From assembly GCA_964247055.1 (NCBI GenBank), contig OZ176051.1:13640001-13704000 (forward strand): a DNA stretch of 64,000 bases. Direction: 5' to 3'. The stretch is from Paragordius varius. Its lineage: Eukaryota; Animalia; Nematomorpha. Both the position numbers and the translations under genes were made by a program. The notes beneath the pieces are model-generated. The model had not been told where the DNA came from, searched no databases, and saw only the letters and a list, made by a program, of their open reading frames with translations. Shown here one piece after another: positions 12,582 to 26,334 of this stretch (position 1 is the stretch's first letter; each line of letters opens with the position of its first letter).

Positions 12582-14332
12582 TATTTGCTACGTAAAAAAG
12601 GTTATTAAACAATTTTGTTATTACTTTATACCTACAAAAAATTTAATCCAATGAAATATTTTTTGATTCGCTCATTATTATATAAAATTATATATTTTTT
12701 TATCACGCAACCATTAAAAGTCATTTTTCAATAAAAATATTGGTAAGCACCTTTTTCAACTGGAATATAGTTTATTCACGTCATTTACCGACAAACAAAT
12801 GAAACAATGCCATTTTTAAACTAGCAAATGGTAGTATAATGAAATTGGTTGAAATTAAATATATAAACTAAAGGTTAAAATTATAGCATAGAAAAATAAT
12901 TTTAATTTTAAACATTTTGGTATAATAATCAAGACCATACGCTACTCTTGTATAATTTAGTTAACTATTTGATATGTATCTTTTTTTCAAGTAGACAATA
13001 CACTGACTAATAATTTAAACAAACACACAGGCAGAGTCAAATCGAAAATATAGTACATACCTGTGTTGTGTCTTTTTAATGTAAAAAGTGAAATTCGTTC
13101 AAATATTGTTGTGTAAAAAGTGGTTTGGCATCAAATTACATTATATTTGAATAAAAATAGTAATAATAATTATAATTATTATTATATTTAAAAAAATTTG
13201 TCCTTTCTCTCTGAACTTTACCATGTATTCCATTTATAAAGTACATAATTTCATTGCTTCATTATAAAGCAATGAAATAAAAGTCTAATCATCTTATGCA
13301 AAGGTAGAATATAATACATAACAATGATGATAAACTAAAATTATTAGATTCGTTTGATTTAGGAACCAAATGTTCACATTCATATAAAAAAATGAAAATG
13401 CAGGTGTATCTTTGACATGCACAGGTGAAAAGAAAAGTTAGACAAAAATTAACATAAAGTATGGATGGATATTATATTAAAGTTATATTAATTCCAAAAC
13501 GAGTTTATTATATGGCATCTGGTAAAAGTTAAATATCTAAATTCAAAATATTGTGAGGTTATATTCCTACAATATGGTATACATACAATATAATAGTAAA
13601 TCTAAAAACTTTATTTTTTTAATTATTTAATATAAATAATATTTAAACTTGTATTTATGCAAATCACTGCAAGCAACAAATTGATGTTAAAATTGTATAT
13701 AGAAAAAAGTTGAAAAACTCGCAAAGGTAATGTAAATGTTAACTATGAAGAGATCATTACAGGTAAAAAACTCATCACTAATCATCATTTTAATATTTAT
13801 AGCAGAATACATGTATACGAAAACGTTACCGTAATAATTTAAAAAAATAATGTTATGTTGTCATGATTATCATTATTATACTAAACATTTACAAATATTT
13901 TACATATTTTATTATTTGGCACGCATTATTTGTTTTTTACATATAAAAATGTTATGTTACAAGTATAAAATGGGATCTAACTGTCTCCTAAAATATTTTA
14001 ATCCAAACTTAATCAAGTCATTCCACTCTACATCAAGGTTCTGCAAAACGCGACCCAAATAATTATCTGCAAATTTTTTTAAAAAAATATCAGAAATTTA
14101 CAGCATTATTGACTCGTAATGCGGCTCCACAGAAAAGATAAATAAAAAGCATATATTTTCGAATTCAATTCCCATTTGTTAGTATGAAATGGTTAGGTAA
14201 AAAGTATAGCATTATTTCATACGGCCATTTTGCTACTGCATGTTTATTGCCGGCACATACATACGTGGATAAAAGTTGACTTAGTGGTCTTAATTTTTAT
14301 TTGGTAAAAAGAATTGTATTTTATAGTAAAAA

Positions 14333-16530
14333 CTAGTGTAAATCTCGTGCTGCTACGCAGCCCGAGGAAGTTCTTCGGACTTCGGGGGGGGGGGGTTACT
14401 TGAAAAAAGGGACAATAAAATGATCCACATATGTGGATTATTTCGAAACATTACACTGTTCAACAAGGTTTTGCACCACCCCATTATTTTTGCATTTTCT
14501 GATACCTAATGGCATGGAAAGGCCAAAACAAAAAAGAAAATTGAGGCCACCAATAGGATTTTTCCAAAATTTAATTTTTAAATTTGTATTTAATTCAAAA
14601 ATAACAGTCATTCCTCGCGAACATATGTTTAAATATTCATACAAGCAAGTCGATACAAGTAATATTCCATGCATGGATAACAAATTCTAGGCATTAAATA
14701 AGATACTAAACAAGCTAAGAGCCAAAGTATTAATAAAAGGGGCTTATGTATAGTGTGATATATATGGGCGGCTGCACAAGCTCGGCATATCTCCCAAGCG
14801 ATCCTATAACTATGCCAGATATGGCAAAGATAACAATAAGTAATCGTAAAGTCCGAAAAGAGAGACTTGCAAGCAAAATCGTGGCAAATTGACATGTCAA
14901 ATCAACCAGTTTACAAAATAAAGTTAGATAAATTCTCCAATTAAATTGAAAATAAATTAGGTAAATACAAATGGTCCAACCCCATAACAGTAAATTCTAC
15001 TAAAAGTGGCTACACAACATCCATCTGAAATTCAAAATACAAAACAACCAATAATCTTAAAAAAATAAGGTATATCCACTAGGTATAAATAAAGGATTTT
15101 TTATAAGAACCAACTCAAGAGAAAAAGTCTAATAAGTACTCGAAAGAACGAAATCTAACAAAAAAATATAGCCTATCTGAAAACCGAAGGTTTAAACCAT
15201 AGAATGCCTTTTTTAGTATTTTTTTAAAAAAAATTTATATGTGTTAAAAATTCACTTGAAAAAAAAGACTAAATTTTGACGTTTAAGTCCCTACTATTTT
15301 TTTCTCTCTGATATTTCAATGACATATTTATATTCAAAAGATAGAGTTTAAAACGCTTTATTGAATGATATTAAGTTTATAATATAATAACATTTTATTA
15401 TAAAGTTATATTTAATTTTCTCTCGATTTTCTCTTGTTTTTGAAAAATTAAAAAACCTATAAAATTTCAAAATTCTGATTGGCGGGATCAAAATTTTTTT
15501 CAAATTCGGTTTTAAAAGACTAAAATTAGTCATAATTTAAAAAGTTTGAGTGGTGGTGCTTAAAAATGTCCAAATTTGTCGACTAGTGTTATTTAATAGC
15601 TATGATCTCATAGGAATTTTAAAACCGTGCATTCATGCTAATTTATTGTTTACTTGGGGGAAAAATAGATTTAAAAAATTAGTGGACTTTGTTTTTTGAA
15701 ATAAATGGCATTTTACGGGGGATAAAAAGAGGGCCTAAATTAAAAAAGCAAGACGACTATGTTCGGCGCAATCGAAAATAAGTAAAAATTAATCATATTT
15801 ATAATTGAATTAATTAACACGTTCTCCGGAAAATTGTCTCAACACGATTTTTGTGGACTTCTATAAAAAAAACCCATTTTTTACCCGGGGTGGGCCCGAA
15901 CTGGGGGCCTATTTCCAAAGATTATATTTTTTCGATATTTGGATTTGAATTGGTCTACCAGTTTTCTGGAAACAGATCACAAAGCCACATGACAAATGAG
16001 TTTTTAGCGGGTAGCTCCTTACCCAGCGGCTATCATCAAAGAAACGCTTGAATAAAATTTTTGCCTTTTATCAGGGAATACGTGGAATTCTTATTGAATT
16101 TTTACGGTCTCATACCTAGGGCAAAAAATAGATTTAAAAAATTATTTTTGTGGACTTTGTTTTTTGAAAAAAATGGCGTTTTACGGGGGAAGCGGGTAAA
16201 ACGAGGGCCGAAATTAAAAAAGCGAGACGACTATGTTCGGCGCAATCGAAAATAAGTAAACAAAAATCATTTTTGAAATTGAATAATTCAACAGGTTCAC
16301 CGGAAAATTGTCTCAAAGACACGATTTTTGTGGATTTCTGTTTCCAAAAAAAAGCCGTTTTTCATACCGGGTAGGCCAGAACTAGGGGCCTATTTTAAAA
16401 AAAGGGCAAAGCTATTGTCGGGGTCATTAATGATTATATTTTTTCAATGTTTGGATTTGGGGTCTACCGGTTTTCCGGTACCAGATCACAAAGCCAGAAT
16501 TTTCCATTTTTATAAATATATAGATATAGA
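14333..16530 (-). mobile_element. Non-autonomous Helitron, same family as 6528-7471, with an extra ~1.2-kb internal segment
   Basis: CTAG at 14333-14336 with the identical hairpin ctcgtgctgctacgcagcccgag; 5' end tataaatatataga(tataga)t at 16524/16530; the same tandem ~470-bp units at ~15660-16520. Confidence 0.75.
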
Positions 16531-18019
16531 TTAAACAAATGCTTAAGAGAAGAGAAAATAAGGTTAAGCGCAAATTTTATATAAAATAGACTTTTGATTA
16601 ATATTTTGTGAATTAATGACATTACTTAATATCTTCAGAAAATGTTTTAAATATAACACCGCCCCTACGAAGCAAAACACAAAAATGAATATGATTAATA
16701 TAAATTTCAATTCAAACAAACCAAAATTGTTCTGTTACATTAATCTTTAGGAACAAAAACAGCGACAAACTAAATACCGCATAAACCACAACTTTGAAAT
16801 TTCAAAATTGATTGCAGAAGCATAAAATCCTATCAAAAATGCCTTAAAAAATTGGAAAAATTTAGATTTCGGCCTACGGCACCCATTGAGGTATTGAATA
16901 TTAACGTCCAAAAATTAAAAGAAAATCCTTCCCGATTTGAATAGTTTTCTATAGCGCTGAATGAAAGCAATGATATGATAAAATAACTTTTAAAAGAATT
17001 TTTATCGTGGTTAATATATTTTACATACATTTTATATTTATATTTATGCTCAATATTGTGATATAAAACTATTATCCAGATATTAAATTGATTGGCCTAC
17101 TAAAAAAAAATTTTCTGCCCATTCAAAACGGTCGCCGACCCCTTAGTTTAATTCACAATGCATTTAAATTTTGATAAATTATATGTAAACTTTTTATGAC
17201 CATTTTTTGGAATATAGGTAATTATTGAACTTTAGGTATGCCTTTAATAATTTAATTATTTATTAAAAAACAGTATTTTTTAACGTATACTGTTATATTT
17301 TTAATTATAGACAGCGTTCATAATTCTCATCAATATTTATTAGTTTGGGGTCTATCTAAGATAATAAATAGTTTTATTTATTTTAAATAAAGTAAATTAT
17401 TTTTCTAGTTAACGGGAATAGAAGCCAAAAGATAATGGATCCATAACTAAACTTTCCATAAGCCCAAGGTAATTTTTTTAATTATATCATTATAATTATT
17501 GCATTCTAGCTCTTGACAACCTTTAAAAATAAAATATTTATGGCTTTTTTTTCAAAGAAGTCTCGTAATATTACTTTTTTTAGTACATTCACAATTTTTA
17601 ATTCTTGTAATATATGTAAAAAATACAGAGTAAAGTAACCCGACGTTGATGAGTGAGTTTAATTTAAAATTTCAAATATTTATGACAATTTGAGATAATT
17701 TACCTCAATGTTCAAATATCAATTAACTTAAAAGGTATTTAATAACATATTCTGCAAAATTTAAATGTAAGAAAGCATTCTTAGCCAAACCCATGGATCA
17801 CCCAAATTTTGTAAATAAAATAACTTCATTTTAAACGGTTTCGCCGACTACTTTTTATTTATAATTCGCTTTTAATTTTATTAGTTAAATGTAAAAAAAC
17901 TTTTATCTTCTGTAATCGTCTTTGAATGAGATAAACAAGTGTTAATTATTTTTCATATTCTACGCATGAATACTGATTTTATTTGGATGTTATTTTTATA
18001 CAATACCATATAATATATA

Positions 18020-18025
18020 CGTATA

Positions 18026-18059
<34 letters not shown>
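18020..18059. repeat. (TA)n microsatellite flanking the M3 foldback element
   Basis: Nearly pure TA dinucleotide run read directly from the sequence. Confidence 0.9.
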
Positions 18060-19228
18060 CTGTGTGCAAAAAAATTTTAACAAAATATTTTTTTTTTATG
18101 AGATAGCTTATGACCACCGTATTCATTTGCCGTAAAATTTTTTATTTGTTTACGACCTAGTTTGGAAATATTGAGAGAAAATCGAAATTGGGCAAGAAGT
18201 GAAAATTAAGGATAATTCAAAAAATAATGATAAAATTTGAGATATTATGGTATATTATTTTTATGATATATTTTCAATATGTAAATAGCATAAAATAATA
18301 TAGTTAGGGTTAATCTCAGGTCAAAAGATGGGGTTTTTCTTTTAACACACTTAAAAGACAAAATTTTTTTATGAAACTATATTAATTTTTTTTTATTTAC
18401 TAGCTAAACTCACTATTAAAATCATAACACAGTAAAAAAAAACTTATAGATCAAAATAAACCAAAAAATATTGTTTTTATTTTTTCATCTGGTTTATGAG
18501 TGTATAAAAAATTTTTATTGTTTTATTTTGAAATCTTACATGAGTTGTAACTATAAATTATATAATTTATGCAAAACAAGATTTAAAAGTAGTGGAATAT
18601 TAACCAAAAATCCGTACAAATCCCATTAAAAATATTAATTTGTAAAACAGACTTGTTACAGGGATTTGTAAGGAGTTGGTGATTCCACTACTTTCAAATA
18701 CTATTTTGCATAAATTATATACTTTATAATTCCCATTCATGAGAGATTCCGAATAAAATGGTATATATTTTTATACACTCATATCCCAAATGAAAAAAAA
18801 GCAATATTTTTTAGTTTTATTTTGATATGTAAGTTTTTTACTGAATATGTTAATGTTAAGATTTCAATAGTGAATTTAGCTAGTAATAATAAAAAAAATT
18901 ATTTTAATATAGTTTCATAAAACTTTTTGACTTATAAGTGTGTTAAAAGAAATTGTTATCTTTAACCTGAGGTTTTATAAAAACCTTAACTATATGATTT
19001 TGGTCTATTTATATATTGAATATATTTCAAATGATAATAAACCATAATATCTCAAATTTTATCATTATTTTTTGAATGTCTTTCTTATTTTCGCCTAATT
19101 TAGATTTTCTTTCAATATTATGAAAACCAGCTAGTCAACAAATAAAAAATTTTGCGGCCAATCGCTGGTCATATGCTATCTCATGAAAAAAAATTTTTTT
19201 TAATCAAAATGACCCTCTTTGCACACAG
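18060..19228. mobile_element. Foldback MITE family M3 (1169 bp; ~560-bp imperfect inverted arms, ~36-nt loop)
   Basis: Termini ta|ctgtgtgcaaa ... tttgcacacag|ta; the arms pair inward to gtacaaatccc (18614-18624) / gggatttgtaa (18661-18671). Confidence 0.85.
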
Positions 19229-20818
19229 TATATATATAATTACAATATCGCATAATCACAAACAAGTTGTATTTAAATAAGTTTTAGCATTAATTTGTTG
19301 ATATAATTATGGAAGAAATTTATTTTATGCCATACGCTACTGTAGATATATTGTTGGAATAATATATATGCGAAAATTGACTCCATCAAAATAATTATAA
19401 TAAATACAACCAAGCTTAAAATATTCGTTTGATTATATAACTTTATACAACACAAATGTAAAAACAGCTTTGTTCTATTCTATAGTATATATATAAGACG
19501 CTTCGAAAGGGATACAGTAACAGCCAATATCGGAATTTTTAATTGGTAACTATAAACCAGAATATTTTTACTTAAACAGATGTGCAAATTATACCGCAAA
19601 AATACTGACACAAACAATTTTTTCATCTAACATACCCTTGTAGCCCATGATATGAATGTTTATTCATCATCTTAATTGATTTAAAACGAAAAAATATATT
19701 TTACTATTTATCGGAAAAAATATAATTGAGTCCACTGAAAATAAGTGGGAATGCAAAAGTATTTTCTATAAATAATATATGTGAATCGGGCCGGTTTTTT
19801 GCTATTGAAAATGGTAACTTTTTTACATGCTAAATACAATAAGGTCTGTATAATAATAATACATCATAATATTAACTGTATATATAACTGAAATTTATAA
19901 TATACTAAGTTTTCGTTTCAATAGAAATAAAAATAAAAATTGGATTAGTATTATTGTTTAAAGCTTTATACTTATTGCCATTTTTGCTGTTTTGAAGATT
20001 TCAAAATGCACCATAAACATTGGATAATTAAGCATCTTATCTCGACATTTAATCTTAGTTATACATTTTTTTCGAAAAATATTACAGATAATCATAAGCT
20101 TTTCGTTGAAAGTTTAATGAACTTCTACTTCTAACGTTAGTTCCTTGGCCAGATAAACCCAATCTCAAAAATTGTTTTTTATTGTTAAAACTTATCATAC
20201 TAAAATCTGAAAATTTGTATGTGAAATTTAGTATAATCAATTTATATATAAAATTAAAAATAGAAAAGATATTTTTATTTTTTGATAAATCATTATTTAG
20301 ATAATAAATTTAGGAGATTAAATAATATAGTTTTTACACCTTATCCTAGTCAGACACGTTCACCATCACGCTTCTCCAGTAAATAAAACTTTTCCATAAA
20401 AAATATATCCCAAAATGCTTTAACAATTTATTACCTAAAAAAATACTTAAAAGAATATTATTTAACAACACAATCACCTGCCTTCACAGCTGTGGTTCTT
20501 TTATTTGCTTTTACTTAGGAAAATTTTACACCTTTGTGGCATTGCTCCATATCGAAAAATCGCTGCGCACGCATACTAACAATTTTTTTGGTGAAAGCTA
20601 CATGTTTCATTCCAAAAATATCATTATTATTTAATTTTAATTTTTTATAGGCTCCCAAAGTCTGAGTTTTTAGCTCCTCCAAACAGCTAGTTTTTAAATC
20701 TGTAATATGTGGTAAATTATTACATCAAAAAATAAAGAATGCATTTATATTTATTTTATGGTATGGCGTGGTAAAAACGGCAGATTAACGGTTTAAGACA
20801 TTAAAACGTTTTTTATAA

Positions 20819-21290
20819 CACCTCGGTTTGAATTAGGTATCTACTTAAATCAGACTGTATTTAAGTTAATTAAATTACTGAAAGAAAGTGTCCATTTAAA
20901 TATATGCATCTATTCTAAAAAAACATATGAATAAGCCAAAATATCTAAATAAAAATTAGTTTCGGAAAGAAATTCCATACCCAACTATATTTTGACTTTG
21001 ATTATTTGATTCTATTCTAAAACGTAATTAATTTTTTATAAAAGTCACACCTAGTATTGATAATGTAAAAATGGTTTATTTTGCATTATTTTTACATTTA
21101 GCTAATGCGACATGTCATGCCGCCTAAATTTTTACCTTGAGGTTTATCCATAAATTTTTATATTTGGTGAATGATGTGTAAATGCTAATTTTTACAATGA
21201 TTTATATTTGTTTCACATTTTTAGAAAATTTCTAACAGGCCAGGGGTCTCCATAAATCTCATTTTGATGAAATAAATGTGTATAGAAATG
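20819..21290 (+). mobile_element. piggyBac-like MITE family P, degenerate copy
   Basis: Degenerate left end ataacacctcggtttgaattaggtatc..cagact; core shared with copies at 25800-27440 and 63639. Confidence 0.55.
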
Positions 21291-21869
21291 TTGGGGCTAA
21301 ACAGTTCCGTCTTTTAAGAATTAAATTAAAACATTTGTTTCATGAGATTAGGTACCTTTTTTGTAAAATATTTTATATTAAAATTAAAGATAAACGAATC
21401 GTTTACCAAAAATTTTTAGACGATAAAACGTGCAACATCATAATTTGGAAAACTTGTATTAGGATATAATACACTTTTATACATTATTTCCATGCTCTGA
21501 GTTCAAGAAAATACGGTTAGTTTTTAAAAATCAGGTTTCATAACATAGGCATTTATTAAAAAATATTTTTTTGTTGTCATAACCAGATACTAAAATTTCT
21601 TATTGCAAATGCTCGACCTTTTTGCCTTTATTTTAAACTGGCCAATTTTTGAGGGAACAAAAATGAGGAACCTACATATAAAATTTTATATACAAATGTT
21701 TTGATTTTTAAATCGATATCTGATTATTTTTATAATATACTCTTTTGTGCATTTTTTAATACATCACAAAAGTTTAATATATTCAACTCGTAGGTATAAA
21801 AAAAGCATCATGACAAAAAATTATCTTTCAATATATTTCAAGATATTTATTAACTCGCTTTTGTACACT

Positions 21870-22745
21870 GTGTTTAGAGTAATGTTAATACTTCGCAAAC
21901 TGGGGTGGTTGGATACCCCAGGTCTGATTAAAATTAATTATCGTAAAAATATGAGGAATCGAAACCATGGCAAAAGTTTACACTTATATAACATTAATGA
22001 ACCAAAATATTAAAACAATTCGATCAAAAATTCTTGATATTAATTATATTAAGATAAAACCCAAAAGTAAATTAGTCAACATGACATGTTGAATTAGCAA
22101 AATTTAAAAATAATACAATATAAAACGCAGTTCTTATTTCTATAAATGTTAGATGTGATTCAAATAGAAATTAGCTTTAATTTTAGTTAAAATTAAATAC
22201 ACCCGATATTTTAAAATTTTTTTGCAAAATAAAAATGGTGTCGAGTTCGATATGTAACTTTTATGATTTTATTTAGATATTTCGGCTTATTATTGTATTG
22301 GGCTAGAAGCATAAATATTAATTGGGACCGTTTCTTTCTGTAGTTTATATCGACCTAATAAATTCTTGGGTATTTTGATACTTTAATTTGAATTAGATCG
22401 ACTAAAGCTTAAAGCTAATTTTAAGCTTATTTTTCATTTAATTTACATCTAACATTGATAGAAACAGAAAAAGTGGTTTTTGTATTATTTTTAAATTCAG
22501 GTAATAGACACATGTCATGTAACTAAATTTTTACCTTTAGGTTTTAATTTAAATTATGTAATATCAAGTATTTTTGAATGAACTTTTTCATGTATTTAGG
22601 TTCTCTAATGTATATAAGTGCAAACATTTTCATGGTTTAGATTCATCTCATATATTTTAAATTTTTTAATTTTAAACAGTGGGTATCTAACTCCCCAATT
22701 TGAATCGAAGGACTAAAATGAATTTGTTGTATTCAGCGCTTTTAT
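21870..22745. mobile_element. Family P copies: one reversed (~21870-22400) and one right-half (~22405-22745)
   Basis: tggggtggttggataccccaggtctg at 21901; cccaatttgaatcgaaggactaaaatg at 22694; core homology in both orientations. Confidence 0.6.
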
Positions 22746-22771
22746 TATATTGATTTCATATATAACTATAT

Positions 22772-25700
22772 TACTTCGATTCAAATTGGGGTATCTAAAT
22801 ACCCCAATACACGCATGTAAACACATGCTTTTAGTCGAGTGGGAAAGGTACGGTATACCTACCCATCTCTTATCGATCTTTTATACCAAAAACATTGATT
22901 TTATACCTTCTCCGAATATTAGAATTAGATTCTATTCCTTACATGTCCATAACATATTTCCTATTCACATTCTCCCATTCTAAGCACATTCTGCTAATGT
23001 TGAAATCACGTAATCTCAGCATCCGCATCATCACGTGGAACATACGTGGAGCCTAAAACCACAAACTAGATATTGTCGTTAACGAAATGACTAAGCATAA
23101 AATTGACATACTAGAAATTTCAGAATCACACATTCCCTCTGCCGGAACTGTATAATTTGACAATCATATTTTGTATTATTGGCCACGACTACAACGGTGT
23201 CGGCATAATAATGAACAAAAAACTAGCTAACTTATCGGACATTTTTAATCCAATCAATGATCGTATTATTGCAATCCGCATACAAACAACCCCTCAACCC
23301 ATTACTATCCAAATTTACGCACCTACCTCCTCTTACAGCGATGACGACTGTGAAAAATTTTATAGCGATCTCGACTTGGCGATTTCCCAAATTTCAAAAA
23401 AGGATATCATATTTATCTTAGGCGACTTCAACTCAATCATCGGAAGAGACAAAACACCTCCTATGACGGGCGGCATGGGCTTGGACATAAAAAACGAGAG
23501 AGGAGACAGATTGATCGAATTTTGTGCTAACCATCGTTTCTTCGTCGCAAACACCTTTTTTAAACAGCCCAAACGAAGTCTATACACATGGCGTTCCCCG
23601 TGTCAAAGATACCGTAACCAAATTGACTTCATATTAGGTATGGTAAAATACAAAAGTTTATTTCATAATGTCAAATGCCTACTAGGGTCGGATTGCTACA
23701 GCGACCACAATCTATTGATCGCCAAACTCTGCATTAAATTACATCTTCCTAAAATATCCAAACCCACAAGAACAAGATTAGATTATGATACAATCGACGA
23801 CAAGTTTAGCACCGCTTTATCAAATCGTTTCGATTGTCTTGATCATAATTCCGAAAACTATCAGGATATAAACTTCTTTTGGAACGCTATATATACAATC
23901 TACCGAGACACAGCCGACGAATTCATTCGGCCTCTCAAACGCAATAAACAAGAAATAAAGTTGTCAACCAAAAGTCTCGAGATCGCAGAAAAATCAAATG
24001 CAAATGGGATGAATACAAACAACTAAACAGTGAATTTCAGAAGAGTGCAAGAGAGGACACAAATAAGTATTATGACCAATTATGTGAAAAATTAGAAACA
24101 GACGCCAAAAATAACCAAAACCTTATTGCCCATGAAAACAATATTATTCCACACAAAAAAGTTTTTTTATAAGGGACCTATGAGAAACGACAACAACTCA
24201 ATCATCACTGAAAAAGACGAAATTCGCAAACGATGGCATAAACACATAAACAAACTATACAATGTAAATAACCCCACGACTATTAACGAACTTACTCAAC
24301 AAAAAGAACCACTATTATGAAAGAAGAAGGGGAACTCGCGATAAAACACTCTAGCACCGGCAAATCAGAGGGGCACAGAGACATCCCTACTGAAATAATA
24401 ATATCCCAATCGATATACTTACCAAATTATTTCAAACCATATTTGAGATGGAAAGAATTCCTGAGGATTGGTGCACATCCATTATGATTCCGATTTTAAA
24501 AAAGGGTAACCCAGAACTGTGCGACAACTATCGCACCATAGCGCTCATAAACCAGGTGTCCAAAGTTTTCCTAAAAATAATACAGTTTCGCCTAAATACC
24601 ATTCTTGACCCCGAGATATCCACGATTCAGGCTGGTTTTCGAAAAGGTAGGGGATGCCGAGATATGATATGTAATATGAGGTGAATAATCGAGAAACACA
24701 TCGAATTTAACAAAGAATTGCACATGTGCTTTGTCGATTTTTCCAAAGCATTTGATTTCATCTAGCACAATAAACTACGGAAAGCTCTAAAACAACTTGG
24801 TGTATCAACACATCTAATCAACGTAATTCACTAAATTCCACGGCTGTAATATCTACACCTCACGGTATATCTGACTCATGTAAGGTTCAAGTCGGCCTCC
24901 GTCAAGGATGCGTTTTATCACCAATTCTTTTTAAAGCATACCTGGAGTGCATTATAAGAAACATCCCACAAACTTATGGCATCAATGTAGGTGGAAACCT
25001 ACTTACATCCGTTCACTACGCGGATGATACAGTCTTATTTGCAGACAGTGTGGACACATTATCGCAACCCTTGCAAGTGTTTACAAATGAATGCAATAAA
25101 TTTGGATTAAATATCAATTTCAAAAAAACAAAAGTCATGCAAATAAATCCGGCTCAAACCAATCCAATAATCCTCAACGGCAACCAGATCGAAACAGTTA
25201 GCAGCTACACGTACTTAGGTAGCATTATTATTAATGAAAACAACTCTACGCCTGAAATAAAGCGAAGAATTGCTATTGTTAAAGCAGTAAGTTTTATATA
25301 TAACAGGATTTGGATGTGGCATGACATTAAACTACAAACCAAAATCAGATTAATCAAAGCTACAGTTTTTCCCACATTCATGTATGGGGGGGAAAGCTGG
25401 ACACTACAAAAATATGACGAACGTCAAATAAACTCTTTCGAATTATAGGTTTGGAGGAAACTTCTTCAAACAAAATGGACAGACAAAATTTCAAACACCA
25501 CCATTTTAAATAAAATTAACCCAGAAATGTCACTTCTAGGTAGCTTAATACAGCAAAAACTCTCCTTCTTCGGGCACATTATGAGAGCCAACTCACTTGA
25601 AAAATCACTGATGCTGGGGAAAGTGAGTGGTGCTCGAAAAAGAGGGAAAAGACAAACTCGTTGAATGGATAACATCCTCAAAGAAACCAACAAATCATTA

Positions 25701-26316
25701 TCCGAACTTAATACCAGATCCGGTAATCGCAGTGAATGGAGAAACTATATTTTCAATGTTGCAGTTAGTCGGAATCGACCTTAGCAAACAACAACAAATA
25801 CCCTAGACTATATTTAAGTTGAAATTTTTAAAAAACTACTGAAGGAAACGGTAAAAATTTAAATTTATGCTTCTATCCTAATAAAAATTTTATAAATATG
25901 CCAAAATATCTAAATAAAATTTTGTTTTGAAAAAAAGTTCCATGTCAACCTACTTCGACGCCATTTTTATTTTAAATTGCAAAATATCGTCTTCTTTATT
26001 TAAATTGCATCTAATATTGATGGGAATAGAAAAAGCAGTTTATTTTGTATTATTTTTTAATTTAACCATTGCACGCATGTCAAGTTGACTAAATTTTAAC
26101 CTTTCGGTTTTAGCTAAAATAAGTAATACCAAGTATTTTTGAATAAAGTTTTTTATAAATTTCGGTTTATTAATGTTATATAACTGCAAGATTTTGTCAT
26201 GGTTTCGATTCGATACCTTCCATATTTTTTAAAGAATTTAATTTTAAACAGGCATGGGGTATTTAAATACCCCAATTTGAATCAAAGGATTAAAATGAAT
26301 GTGTAGTATCCAAGTG
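22772..26316 (+). mobile_element. Family P copy interrupted by the RTE LINE
   Basis: Left end cttcgattcaaattggggtatctaaatacccc (22774-22805) resumes after the LINE as aaataccctagactat (25796); right end ...gtagtatccaagtg|ttaa at 26316. Confidence 0.75.
22807..25795 (+). mobile_element. Near full-length RTE-clade LINE (APE endonuclease + RT), pseudogenised
   Basis: ITWNIRG, QIYAPT, GDFNSIIG, NERGDRLIEFC, RNQIDFI (APE); PEDWCTSIMIPILKKG..NYRTIALI, QAGFRKGRG, YADDT region, YLGS (RT); C-terminal WRNYI..SRNRP*; (CAA)n tail; TSD AAATACCCCA/AAATACCCTA (22797-22806, 25796-25805); several stops and frameshifts. Confidence 0.95.
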
Positions 26317-26334
26317 TTAAAATGCCTTGTTTAA

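Noticed and set aside
13404-13750. 21-nt (13404-13424) and 24-nt (13727-13750) GT-AG candidates on the plus strand
   Set aside because: No conserved protein frame spans them, and such motifs arise easily in AT-rich DNA.
6776-16534. Repeated ORFs MVQHVLRKIVSK.../MWTSIKK... (6776, 7253, 15851, 16061, 16328) as a small gene family
   Set aside because: They lie in the Helitron tandem units, and their frames are not conserved between copies.
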